64,000 bases of DNA, from the NCBI GenBank assembly GCA_030770535.1, contig JASVEC010000010.1, positions 1 to 64,000 on the forward strand, read 5' to 3'. The translations under genes and the position numbers were made by a program. The notes under the pieces were generated by a model. That model searched no databases, was not told the origin of the DNA, and was given only the letters and a program-made list of their open reading frames with translations. Below are positions 14,086-26,745 of this stretch, piece by piece (position 1 is the first letter of the stretch; each line of letters opens with the position of its first letter). The stretch comes from Batkoa obscura. Its lineage: Eukaryota.

Positions 14086-14172
14086 ATAGTTCATATTATA
14101 GGACTATATTTTAATCCCATAATTCCCGAGATAAATTTTTTAGTTTTTAAAATTTTATTTTTATTTTTTAAA

Positions 14173-15903
14173 ATGTCAAAAAGACAAATAGATCAAAATG
14201 ATAAGCAAGCAAAGCAATTTCAAACTGAGACAAATATAGATAAAGTTGCAATTCAGCCTGAAGATGATATGGGCGAGTTCGAAGACCCTTTTGAAGATGA
14301 AATGGAAAGTGAAGAAGAAGTTATAGATCCAGACCAACAAGATGAAGGTAAGCAGATTCATTATTTTGTAGTATAAACTAAAAATAAAAGTTACCGAAGT
14401 AAATGATGAAGAAGAAGAAGAAAATAACTTAGAGGTGTATTTACCTGGGGGTAAGCTTGAAGAGGGTGAGAAACTTGAAGTAGATAATTCTGCATATGTT
14501 ATGTTACATTCTTTAAACGTACCATGGCCTTGCTTATCTTTTGATATTATAGAAGATCATTTAGGAAATGATAGAACTAAAGTAATTTTTTTAATGATAT
14601 CATTCTATAGGCTAATATTTATATTATAGTTTCCTCTTACTTCATATTTAGTTACTGGAACCCAAGCAGATAAAGCAAATAAGAATGAAGTTATGGTTCT
14701 CAAGTTATCACAATTAAGTAAAACAAAGTATGATGATGGTATGTTTTATCATTTTTAATGTAGACATATTAACCTTTATAAAGATGATGAGGATATGTCT
14801 GATGATGATGAAATAGAAGATGATCCAATATTAGAATCTCGCTCTATTCCTCATTTCGGTGGAGTTAATAGAATTCGTGTAACTATACAATTTATTAATC
14901 TAAACATAACTAAATTAACTCAAATTTATAGTCAACAAAAATCGACAATAACATTGTAGCAGCAACCTGGTCTGATACTGGAAAAGTCCATATTTACGAT
15001 TTACAGCCACATTTAGCTGCTTTAGATGTACCTGGACACACTATACCTCCTCGTGCACAACAACCAATTTATACAATAGAATCTCATGGCCAAGAAGGAT
15101 TTGCAATGGATTGGTCAACTATTCAACCTGGAAAGTAATATGATATAATATAATATTATATTATAATAATGTATTTATTTTTAAAGGCTTATAACTGGTG
15201 ATTTTAATAACCGTATATATTTAAGTAATGTAAGTAGTAATGGTATATCTCCTGATAGAGTTCCTTTCACTGGACATCAAGGATCTATTGAAGATTTACA
15301 ATGGTCTCCATCTGAAGCGAATGTATTCTCTTCTTGCTCATCAGATTGTTCCGTCAAAATTTGGGATATAAGAAATAAAAAACGCCCTGCATTAGGTATT
15401 ACTGCTCACAGCGCAGATGTTAATGTAATTACTTGGAACAAAAAAGTAAATTATTTGCTTGCTTCTGGTTCAGATGATGGAAGTTTTTCGGTTTGGGATT
15501 TACGCACATTTTCTAATAGTAAGACTCCTACTCCAGTTGCAACATTTAAATGGCATTCTGCACCCATTACATCAATTGAATGGCATCCAACAGAAGAATC
15601 TATTATCGGAGCTTCTGGAGCAGATGATCAAGTATCTCTTTGGGACTTGTCTGTTGAACCTGATGAAGAAGATCCATCACATGCTACATTTAAACAAGCA
15701 AACGGATCAGATGTTCCACCACAACTTTTGTTTGTTCATCAAGTAATTTCAAATATATCTATTTTATTAGATTATTTATTTATTTATTTATTTATTAGGG
15801 CCAAAATGATATTAAAGAGATACATTGGCATAAACAAATTCCTGGATGTATGGTATCGACTTCTTATTCTGGATTCAATATTTTCAAGACTATTTCGATC
15901 TAA
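14173..15903 (+). CDS. RRB1: Ribosome assembly WD40 protein Rrb1/GRWD1, multi-exon
   Basis: Acidic N-terminus, [43 protein letters not shown]-terminal [10 protein letters not shown]. Confidence 0.95.
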
Positions 15904-16104
15904 TGTTTTGATGATGATATAGATGAGACTGTTAAAAAAGTATAAGTGAATTTACTATTTAGTTTATCTTCTCTTAAAGAATACTTAAATCAATAGCATA
16001 GAGTTATAAAATATACTATTTAATCAAAACTTCTGGTAATTTTCATACTTTTTATTTCAAAAGTTTATACAATATTTATATTTATATATGTTTTATTAAG
16101 TATA

Positions 16105-16203
16105 TAGTGATATTTTTTTTGGTTTTATCACTTTCCATTTTTTAAGCGCAATTTGAGCGAAAAGATTGCTAGTAAAATTCTTAGATGAAAAAATACATTC
16201 CCA
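16105..16203 (-). mobile_element. MITE-like element
   Basis: Reverse complement of the consensus. Confidence 0.8.
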
Positions 16204-16644
16204 TATGTTGATAATAGTAAGTAGAGTATTTTTTTAGTCAAAGATATAAGCTATTTATACATCAAAAATAAATTTGATTATAAACTCCATAGTTGCTCGT
16301 AGTCAATTCAAATATGGAATTTAGTAGAAATTTAAAATGAAAACAAATAACAGAAAATTAGAATATAAATATATTAAAGAATAAAGGATATTTATTATTT
16401 AGTTGTTAACTAATAAGATATTGACAGAACTATATAAAAATAATGTTAACATATATGATATAGTTTATTAACTAGTTGAACCTTTAGTTAACTCGGATTT
16501 TCTAAAGTATCTTAAAATACTATTGTAAAGGAGTCAGTATCTTTATTCTTAAATAAACATAAAAATTTAATAGTAAATATAAAATGGTTATGATAATTTA
16601 TTTATGAGGAATTAATATATACTTTCATGAGTTTCAATATTAGA

Positions 16645-17295
16645 TTATGCATTAGCAATTGGAGTTGGTGCTTCAGAAGAGTTACCTTGGCCATTACCAG
16701 CTTGGTTTGGATTATCACTATTATTCGTTAAAACATTATTGTCGTTAGCAAAGAAATTGGAATTATTTTGTGGTAAAGCTACAGGAGGTGAATTAGGTTG
16801 TATATTGTTTGATAAATTATTTAAACTATTTTGTACATTAGGCTGAACTTGTGGGTTAGGTTGGATATTATTATTTAATATACCAGGATTAGTTTGTACT
16901 GGTGATTGAATTTGGGCTTGTGCAGTTGGTTGAGAACGAAATAGAGTGATCGGTGGTCTTGTTGGAGTAACTGGAGGTAATGGCCATGGGGTTGGATTTG
17001 GTGGATAATAGTCATTGTAATTATTATAAGTACTCGTTGGTCTTCTATTATTATCAAAATCATCAACACTACTTGTTTCTGGTCTTCTAATTGGAATATA
17101 AATAGGCTGTGGTACAGGCACATAAACTATTTTTTGTTTATATTTGGTCTTATATTTAATTTTTGTTTTATGTTTTGGATGATAATGTGGTCTATGTTTT
17201 GGATAATAATCGTCATAGGAATCTTCATAGGAATCTTCATAATTTTTAGCTAATAAAGTTGATAAGAAACCAATAATAAGGATAGTATGTCTCAT
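16645..17295 (-). CDS. Secreted low-complexity protein (Tyr/Asp-, Lys-, Pro- and Asn/Gln-rich blocks)
   Basis: Intact 216-aa ORF with a signal-peptide-like N-terminus; no recognised domain. Confidence 0.8.
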   Translation of the reverse strand: MRHTILIIGFLSTLLAKNYEDSYEDSYDDYYPKHRPHYHPKHKTKIKYKTKYKQKIVYVPVPQPIYIPIRRPETSSVDDFDNNRRPTSTYNNYNDYYPPNPTPWPLPPVTPTRPPITLFRSQPTAQAQIQSPVQTNPGILNNNIQPNPQVQPNVQNSLNNLSNNIQPNSPPVALPQNNSNFFANDNNVLTNNSDNPNQAGNGQGNSSEAPTPIANA

Positions 17296-17894
17296 TATTT
17301 TATTTGATATTTAATATTCTATGTATTAAGCTTACTTATATATCATTTTAGTATTCTATTACATAACGACTTGTTTATATTATAATTATAAACATATTAT
17401 ACAACAAGCGAAGTGATCTGCTCTATTTTGTATCTAATTTTACTATTAACCGATTTAACGTAATTAAATAAAAAATTAAAAAACCAAGTTTCAAATTCAA
17501 CAGTCAATAAAGGAATTAAATTGATATTAAATTTTCAAATTATGTTAAGTAGTATTGTTGGAACCTAGTTATAACTTAATATGAATTTAATGATATTATG
17601 ATCTATATTATAGTATACTTCTATACAGTAAGTACTTAAAGTTATTTATTTAAGCATAAAATTTTAAATAATTCATTTTGTTTTATTTGTAACGAGAAAA
17701 TAAATTAAAAATTTGATTTATTTTTTAGTTGTTAATTTAAATTAAACTAACTGTAAACTCACTTTAAGTTTACTAACTGTAAATTTCCGGAAAATCATAA
17801 GTCATAAATAAATAATAATATAAATAAATAAAAAATTATATATATATACATATATTACTACTAAACAGAAGAAAAAGTAAGTTTAAACTAAATC

Positions 17895-18422
17895 ATGAAA
17901 TCTATTGTATTATTAGGGTTTATCAGCCTTGCATTAAGTCATTATGAGCATGAAGAATATCATGAGTCTCATCATCCAAAGCATTATGAAGAATATAACG
18001 GTAATGAATATTATGGAGGCTGGAAAGATAAAGTAAAGAAATATTTTGAGGGAAAAGACTATAAAGGATCTTATGATAATGACTACCACAGTGATTATAA
18101 AATTACCCCTATAAATTTATACGTTGAAGATGCCAACGACTCATCAAATGAAAATAAAGACTATAAAGAGAATGAAAAGAAAGAAGAGTACCATGATAAC
18201 GAAAAGAAGGAAGATGCACCTGCAGCTATGCCTACTAATTCAGAAAAGAAACAAGATATGCTTGTTCCTACCAGCTCAGAAAAGAAACAAGATATGCCTA
18301 CCTTCACTAGAGATATTACTAAACAACCCAAAAACCGTAAGAATAGCATTAAATCTACTCGCTTAGAACCAAATCAGCCTGCTCCAACTGAAATTGTTGA
18401 ATTCGAACCAGTATCAAACTAA
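17895..18422 (+). CDS. Secreted His/Glu/Tyr-rich protein with internal repeat (PTxSEKKQDM x2)
   Basis: Intact 175-aa ORF with a signal-peptide-like N-terminus and a TATA-like run upstream. Confidence 0.8.
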   Translation: MKSIVLLGFISLALSHYEHEEYHESHHPKHYEEYNGNEYYGGWKDKVKKYFEGKDYKGSYDNDYHSDYKITPINLYVEDANDSSNENKDYKENEKKEEYHDNEKKEDAPAAMPTNSEKKQDMLVPTSSEKKQDMPTFTRDITKQPKNRKNSIKSTRLEPNQPAPTEIVEFEPVSN

Positions 18423-18495
18423 TAATAAAGTCATTTAATAAATTTCTTAATTTCAATTTTTACATTGTTTATGTTTATTTATATTATTTAGAACA

Positions 18496-19287
18496 TTATC
18501 CTAAAGGACGTGGGATATTTAATGAGCTATTAAGGTTTTGTTGGATCGGTAAGGGTAGAGAGGGTAATGTATTTAAAAGTGGTTTGGTATAAGTTACACT
18601 AAATTGGGACTTAGAAGTGATTTTAGTGTTGGCATTTACAGGAATAGATTCATAAATAACTTCATTGAATATTGAAGTCATTTTAATATTAATTTTACCG
18701 CCTTCACCTAATGGTAGACCACCAAATAAATTAAAATTCAATCTTTTAAATGGGATTGTGCTTCCATTCACATCAATAACAACATCTTTTACAGGAACAG
18801 CTAAATTAGTTACTCTAAAAATTAAACTTAATAAATATTAATATATATGATAAATACTGTATTACAATAACGCAATTGTTTTTACATTAGGGGGATAAAC
18901 CCAATAATATTCAACTGTCCCTAAAACTGGACAAGGCGAGAATGCCCAATCAACTTCTATAAACCCTAGAGACAAATCTCCTATTTTTGAAAATGAATCC
19001 CTATCCATAACAATATCCGTCGGATTACATCCAAGACATTGATCAACTATAGTAACTTGTATTGATTGTTGACTTAATCTATTCTTAATTACTGCACATA
19101 AACCACATGAATAGGTATCAACAAAATTACTTGGCCCAACTGCAGCATAAAATTTAAAAGCGTTATCATTGAATGCACATTTAGTTGTACTTAACGGAAA
19201 CGAGTTATATCTTGCAAGACCACTATATGTATCTGCATATACTATAGTAAATAAAAATAAAATGAAATAATTAATTATAAATAACAT
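18496..19287 (-). CDS. Expansin-like secreted protein (DPBB/RlpA-like domain plus CBM63-like domain), one intron
   Basis: Signal peptide, CGLC..VTIVDQCLGC..F..IG....G.I.V.W....CP pattern; the intron at about 18816-18865 joins ALL-VTNLAVPVKDV. Confidence 0.85.
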
Positions 19288-20892
19288 ATTCTATAAAATA
19301 AAGATGAATTAAAAGTAAAATTTAATTAAAGTTGAGGTTTATAAATTATATTAACTATCTGTGTATGATGAACATCGGAATTTTATTTATAAGTGAAATA
19401 AAGTAGTAATAATTTTTCCTTAATATAAAACTATAAATTAATGTGAAGTAACTGAAATTATAGATCTTAAGTTTTACTAGTGAGACTATAAGTTATATTT
19501 AGCCATCAAATTCAATGAATTAAATTTTAACGTTCAATGCCTTATATCCTTATTTTTTGTTTTTCAACTGAAAAGCATAATAGAATGTAAACTATTCAGT
19601 TAGATTTTGTTTAATGAAATAAAATATCTAAATCGTAACTTTGAATTTATAATTAATTCTAGTCAAAACCATTAATAGAATTAGAGCTGTTACTTAAGCA
19701 CATACAAGTACTGTTTTTTATAAGCAAACTCTAATTAAACTACAATTTCGAAATAAATATTTAGCTTATAAAATAATAATTTATAACTCCTTATATACTA
19801 CCAGCAGTAAATATGAATGATTTCATAAATCTATCACTAATATCCCCCTGGAAGTTACCAGTCCCTGCTTAAAACTTAATTAAAATATATTGAACATATG
19901 TAACAAAAGAGCTTTAGAAGACAGTACTATACGCCAACTTTATCCATCTACAATAAAGCAAATTTATTTATATCTAGTTATATAGTAAGATATGACCAAC
20001 ATAAGATGTTTGGGCATTGATTTTTATTAGCACATAAAAAGCTATATTATGAGAATACTAACGAACACAAAGATCAAGTATTAACATGTAGAAACTTAAT
20101 AATTTTTCGAATGTCAATCAAAGTATAAATATTTACTTCAATAGTATAGATAAAGATTATAACAATATAAGTGAAATCTAGTTGTTTTGATAGAATTAAA
20201 CTTGTACTATAATCTTAAGGATTTCCTAGGATTTTTTTCTATCTAGAAAAAACAAAAGTAAAAACTCTAATTCTCTAATTACTAGTTACCTTTTTTACTT
20301 TTTTTCTATTGAATTTTTATTAATAAACAATCAAAATGGATATTAATATAAACTAATCTATTAAACCGGGTTTATATTAATTAATTTTCAATTATAAAGT
20401 CGACAATTAATTACATACAAGTGATATAAATACTTGAAACTTATTCAACTTAAATAAAGATTTTAAAAAAACGCCAGTAATTAAAAAAAGAGGCTACACA
20501 TGAAATCACCAATAAAATAACTAATTGACAAATTATAAGAAGGATCATGACAAAATCAACTCAAAGTTAACTCTATACTCATATGATTATTACTAATATT
20601 AAAGATATACCATTGCACTTATAGCGAAATTAAATACCTCACTTGCATAAATTGTTAATAAGTAAATATAGAATTAACTATTATTACTATGAATAAAGTA
20701 AGTTTGAAAAGTTTTTAAACACTACAAAACAAAGCGGTTCAAATATAATGAAATATTCAGCAGAACCAAATTAACATATTTGTGTTTAGCTAAAAAAATA
20801 TATATAAATATAAAGCATTAGAAAAAAATATCAAACCTTAACACCCTTTTATTAAGGATATCAAGCTAATAATATAATTACACTTATCAAAG

Positions 20893-22470
20893 ATGAAGAT
20901 GGATTATAGCCCATTATTTGATAGTTACAAAGCAAAAGGGATTCAAAGAGACAAACGACCGAAGCCATTGGATTTAAATTATAATGGATATCAGCCATTG
21001 TTTGATATAATTAAAAGTTCAGGAATTCGTATGAGAAGTGCAAGGCTAAATATAAATCTAAAATCAAGTAACAAACTAATAGGGATAAACGAAGTTATAA
21101 AAGAAAAAATACACAGTAGTAATATTTATAATAATGGGAAAAACAACACTATACCAAAGTCCTTTATATTTCTACAAACAATTGAGCTATTTATTAATGT
21201 AGGACTACGCTCAATATTAATATTTTATTTAAATTCAAAAGTTGGTACAAACCCAGAGCAGTCAAAACATATAACTCATCTGTTTGGGGCCCTAATTTAT
21301 TTATTTCCACTAATAATTGGGATAATATCTGATATGGTATTAAATGAATATTATTGTTCATTGATCTGTATAGTGATACTAAATATCGGTCTATTAATAT
21401 TATTCCTAACATCTTTTAATCCTTCACTCTACTTTTATTATATATTGTTAAGTCTATTTTTAATATCAATAGGATTAGGAGGATTAAAACCAAATTTAAA
21501 CTCATTGGCAATACTAAAAATGGAAAGTAACAATATACCAGAATATAACATAAAGAGATATTTTAATTATAACTTTATATTTAATACATTATCTATTACA
21601 TGCGCATCATTTATAGTACCATATTTAATATCATTTAGATGCAACAAGTCAAATCAATGTTATCCCATTCCATTTTCATTACTATTGTTACTATCTATAT
21701 TGATGTTTGCGATATTTTTATTTAAAAATGATGAGAGTATTAAAAAAATAATACCAAAAGAAAAAAACGTGTACAATAATAAATACATAAACAATTTGAT
21801 TAATACGTTTTTATTAATGAGTCCACTATCTTTTTTTTGGATGCTATATGACCAAGGTATGACAGTTTGGCAGTATCAATATGAGAATATGAATAAAGAA
21901 TGGCTAATTCCGACAATTAGTATTCCAACAGAAATAATAGGCTCAATAACAAACTTTTTATTGATTACGATATTAATATTAATAATTTTTTTAATCGATC
22001 CTCTACTTAACTCATATAAAATCCAATTCAATGGCATGCCACGTATGATAATAGCTTTCCTTTGCTTGATAACCGCTTATATCGGATCTAACGTTTTACA
22101 ATATAAAATTCAACAAAATCAAGTAGACAATTTGACTAATAAAGTATACCTAAACAATAGGATAATAAAATGTGATAACTGTTTACCAGGCTCATTGCAG
22201 ATATTTCAGTTATTTTTCCAAGCTTTAGCTGAAGCATTATTAGGAACTTCAACTCCACAATTTGCATACTCCGAAAGCCACAATAACCTGAGAAATATTA
22301 CACAAGGTATTTTATTCCTTACCAATTCTATAGGGAATTTCCTAGTCTATTTCATCGATGGATTCGTATTACTTAATACTTCAACTACAAACAGTATGTG
22401 GGCTTATATAGGGTTATCTATTATAGCTAATATTATATTTATATTTTTATACTTTTATAAAAAACAATAA
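20893..22470 (+). CDS. POT/PTR2-family (MFS) oligopeptide-type transporter, intronless
   Basis: About 11-12 hydrophobic segments; GIISD, GLGGLKPN, FFWMLYDQ, AEAL and FAYSE motifs. Confidence 0.9.
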   Translation: MKMDYSPLFDSYKAKGIQRDKRPKPLDLNYNGYQPLFDIIKSSGIRMRSARLNINLKSSNKLIGINEVIKEKIHSSNIYNNGKNNTIPKSFIFLQTIELFINVGLRSILIFYLNSKVGTNPEQSKHITHLFGALIYLFPLIIGIISDMVLNEYYCSLICIVILNIGLLILFLTSFNPSLYFYYILLSLFLISIGLGGLKPNLNSLAILKMESNNIPEYNIKRYFNYNFIFNTLSITCASFIVPYLISFRCNKSNQCYPIPFSLLLLLSILMFAIFLFKNDESIKKIIPKEKNVYNNKYINNLINTFLLMSPLSFFWMLYDQGMTVWQYQYENMNKEWLIPTISIPTEIIGSITNFLLITILILIIFLIDPLLNSYKIQFNGMPRMIIAFLCLITAYIGSNVLQYKIQQNQVDNLTNKVYLNNRIIKCDNCLPGSLQIFQLFFQALAEALLGTSTPQFAYSESHNNLRNITQGILFLTNSIGNFLVYFIDGFVLLNTSTTNSMWAYIGLSIIANIIFIFLYFYKKQ

Positions 22471-22533
22471 TAAACTAATCAATTAATTATTTTCTTATTT
22501 ATTTTTAATAATGACAATATATGATTTAATATT

Positions 22534-25500
22534 TCAAAGGTCTTGTATTGTTAAAATTTCCAATTCATTAAAACAGCATGACTCAGGTTGATTTAAACGC
22601 AAAGTTTCAATTTCTTTAAGTGGGCGGAAAAATACTTTTAAATTAACAACACCTAATTCGGTACCTACTTTTAAAAGCCATTCACGCCATGGCTTAGGGT
22701 TTGGTAAATTAACATTTAAGGCCTCTCGTAATGGCTTAGGAATATCACTTTTAATAGGAAGATCTTCATATCTTAGATCAGATCGAAGTAAAGATTGTAA
22801 GGAGACAGGAATAGTTGAATTGAATTCAATAGCAACATAGATAAAGCTAGTATTATCAGGAACTCGAAGACTATATGCACTTTCATTCACACTAATATCA
22901 TGTCGCATTAGAGGAGTATAGTTATTATTGATACCATTTATGGCTCCTTGAAATGATATTATTGTGAGATTTTGAATTATTCTTAAAGGATAATTTACTA
23001 TAAATCAAATGTTATTAAGTTACGTTTTTTAAAAATGAAGTTACCATTTATTTCATTTAGCTTTATGTCAATATTGTCAATCATAGCATCTTCATCATAC
23101 TTGATTCTTTTATTCGATTCATTAAATGACTCATCCGTATAGAGAATATAACTTTGTGATTCATTATAAGCTTGATAAAAATTTGAGTTGTCTGCTATTT
23201 CTTCAATGTTACCATACGATCCTTCGGATGATAAACTAGACGATCTAACCTCTTCTTCTTCTTCTTCTTCCGGTGGTTTAATTAAAAATGGCTCAAATCC
23301 TAAATCGATATCTAAGTAATAAATTTAATATGTACAATTTTTATCAAATTAAACTTACTTCCTATATTATTGTTTGGCCGATTTGATCTATTGTTACTAT
23401 GCTTATGTGTGCATGAATATTTTTTTGCAAAAGGAACCCTTTTTAAATTGAGACTAGCTTCTCTTTCTACTAATCTGTATGGGAAATATGGATAAACACT
23501 GATATATTTTGCTCGATCAACTGCAGGCTTAAATTTATTTTGTTCAGAAGGTGCATAAATAAATTCGTAAAAGAAAGTATCACTATCACTATGGTCTTTG
23601 GAATAATCTTAAATAAAGAAGTTAGGGTTTTAGAAATTTATAATAAAAAACAGTTATTACAGCACTGATACTTCTTTACAAATAATAGGCAGCACTTTCT
23701 GCTTATTGCTCCCATTACATACAGATTCTTATTTTGTGTTTTAAATACTTCGTTAGGTTCAAAGCCATAATTTATACTTGAAGGTATCTAAAACGTATTA
23801 CTTTAAAATCTATATCTAATTTTAAAACTTAGATTTACAGCATCTTTAAAAATAAATTTTGATCCAGTAATATAAGCATCCTCTCTAATATATAAATTAA
23901 TATGAATTAATATTATTATTTTTGATGTACCCTTTTCGTGTTATACAGCTAATAGATATTATAACATCCATGTTTAACTCTTGATCATAAACTAATACAT
24001 TATCACCTAAGAAAGCCTAATTGATATTGAATAGAATAAAAATATGCATATATTACCTAAGCTATATATTACACCATCATAGTAATAAGTTAACAAACCA
24101 GAGCTCTAAGATAATATAAATAATACCAATGAATCATTATACTTTTTACCTTATATTGCTTCACATTTATTTCTTTATTCAATCCCAATTTCAAGAGTTC
24201 ACTACTTAAGAAATCATAAACGAACTAAAAATTAAAAAACAATGTTTATATTATATATTTTATATACCTCTAATACAATAGACTTCTTGACTAAAGGATG
24301 GTTTTGATCATAGTATTCTTGTACATTCTTTGTTAGTAGCTTTATATTCTTATCCAAATCACTTATGCTTTTGATAGCGTTTATTCTATTCTACAACTAT
24401 TAATCTTAATAAAAAGTTTACATTAATTAAACTACTTTAATCATGATGATATTGATAGGACTAGTAATTATTTCATAATAATCCGGATAGTCTTCGATTG
24501 GAGGTAAATTCGCAAAATAAGATACTAATGGTTTATTATCACTAATTTATAATATTATTAGTAGTATTTTTTAGCGTAAAATTATATTCAACCTTTTATC
24601 CGTGTATTCTAAAATTTGATTGAACAATTCATTCAATATTAAACTGCACTGCTTACTAATTTCAATCGGGGCCATTTCCCCTTCGTTTTTTTTTAATCTT
24701 TTTAATATATTTTCTTTCATATAGATTTTATGTGCTTCCAATATTTCTAAGATTTCTTTCATTTCTTGATCGCTTAGTTTTAAATTCATCGATCTTTTTC
24801 GTTTGGGTGTTTCTTTTTTAACGTTGATTTCAACAGTATTATCCATATTTTTTTCTTCAACTTCTGTCATAAAATCCATATTAATATTTCCTATACCATC
24901 GTTAATTTCATTCGATGGAAGCCCATCTTTATAATAGGCTTTACCATGTTTAAAAAAATATCTAGATACAGAGCCCTCTTCGAATTTCAACTGATCCAAT
25001 GGTATATAATTATCCTTCAAAAATAAGTAAACATATTCTTATATAATGGGGTAATTTTACTTTTAAAATACTTTTTCTCCAATTTTCAAAATCATGGTAT
25101 CTATCAAAGCTGATACTTGAGGCATGTAATTGATTAGAAGTTTCAATATCTAAATTTGAAACTTTAAGGAGATGGTAACAAACCTTTGGATTCCCTAAAT
25201 TTATTATTATTTTTCGAATCATTTTAATAGCACATTATCTATCTAATACATACCACCTAATGCCCCCCATTCCAAAGCATTGAGATTGAACATAGGGTCT
25301 ACAGTATCAGGACTATAAGACTCTCCTAATAAGAATAATAATCCACGAATCCTTCCGAAAAAGCTAGCAGATTGTAAGGGGGTGAAATAAACTTGACAAT
25401 TGTTAAATGTAAGTTTAATTGGTGTATCCATATTATTCTTTTTATAATTTTTTCCATCCTTTATTGTAATGTCATGATGCACAAATAGTTTACTTAGTAT

Positions 25501-26529
25501 TTCTCCATCTATTAAAATAATTTATTATGAAAAACAATTTTATTAAGAACATCAAATTACCAATTATTGCTCCAGTTCTTATATATTTTTTTACTATATT
25601 CCATTTAGCATCAAAAATTTGTTGTAAAGTACAATGCATGTCAGCATAAGTTACTTCCTTTTCACCAGAAGGTATTATTCTCTTTTCGCCATCGACCATA
25701 TTGTCTAAGTAATCGTATTTTAAATTATTTTTAACCTTTAGTTATATCATGATCTTTACCCTCTTCTTGATTTGGAGATGATTCTCTTTCAATTTTATTA
25801 ATTTCTTTCTCCAATTCCATCATTGCCTCAAGAGCGGGATCTTTTTTAACGTAATATTCTTTTTTATATCCCTTTGCTTTTATCTTTTAATATTTATCTT
25901 AATAAATTCAAAAAAATACCATTCAAATCAATATCCTTCATAAAAGGATTGTACTTTAAATACTGTGATACTCTACGCATACCTTTCTAAAAAACACTTT
26001 TACATCATAGCCCAATTTCTATTGATTTAAATTACCATTATATTATCAGCATCTTCATAAATTTCAGAATCTGGCATATTGTACTGTTTCGCATTGTCAG
26101 TTAACAATAACCAATCTTTAAAAAAAGCATCCCAATCTTTATATTCTTCTTTTTGAACTTTTTTCTAAAATTAAGTAATAAATAAATCATAAATTTGATT
26201 AGTTACTATATTACTTGAATAAATTTAATCGAAATTGGTCTTTTGATCTCTTTATAATAATCTGGATAGTCTTCTTTCGATGGTAGTTCTATAAACATCT
26301 CGCTTATATTCCTTTTACTTTAAAAAATATTTAGTATATGGATTAAATTATTTGATTTTATTACTCAACATCTTTTAAGTTATTAATCCATTTAATAGTA
26401 TGTTTAAATGCAGTCTGCAAATCCCAATTTTCCGCTTCCGGGTCCTATCTTATTTAGTAAAGATTTAGGTATACTATCTCATCAATTTACTCTTTTGATC
26501 TTTCTTCCATTTAACGCTAATTTCTTCAT
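22534..26529 (-). CDS. RSC1/RSC2/polybromo-like chromatin-remodelling subunit: two bromodomains, BAH-like domain, probable Ig-like C-terminus; many introns
   Basis: Bromodomain 1 (ELPSKEDYPDYYKEIKRPISI..NAKQYNMPDSEIYEDA), bromodomain 2 (LPPIEDYPDYYEIITSPIN), BAH-like region (DNVLVYD..PNEVFKT..KCCLL); start reconstructed as MKKLALNGRKIKR|DPEAENW. Confidence 0.8.
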
Positions 26530-26745
26530 AATTATAAATGTAACAAGTAAAAAGTTGTATTGTTCAAATATTCAGACTGTCATACTTATTTTTGATTAGT
26601 GAGTTTATTTGAATATTATTTGATGCTAATTTAATTTAAGTAATTTATTATGGATAGAATCAAATGAACTAAACATGCTGATAGTATTTTTTTACTATTG
26701 AAATAATAATAATAATAACTTGCAAATATACCAATATAATAAGCT

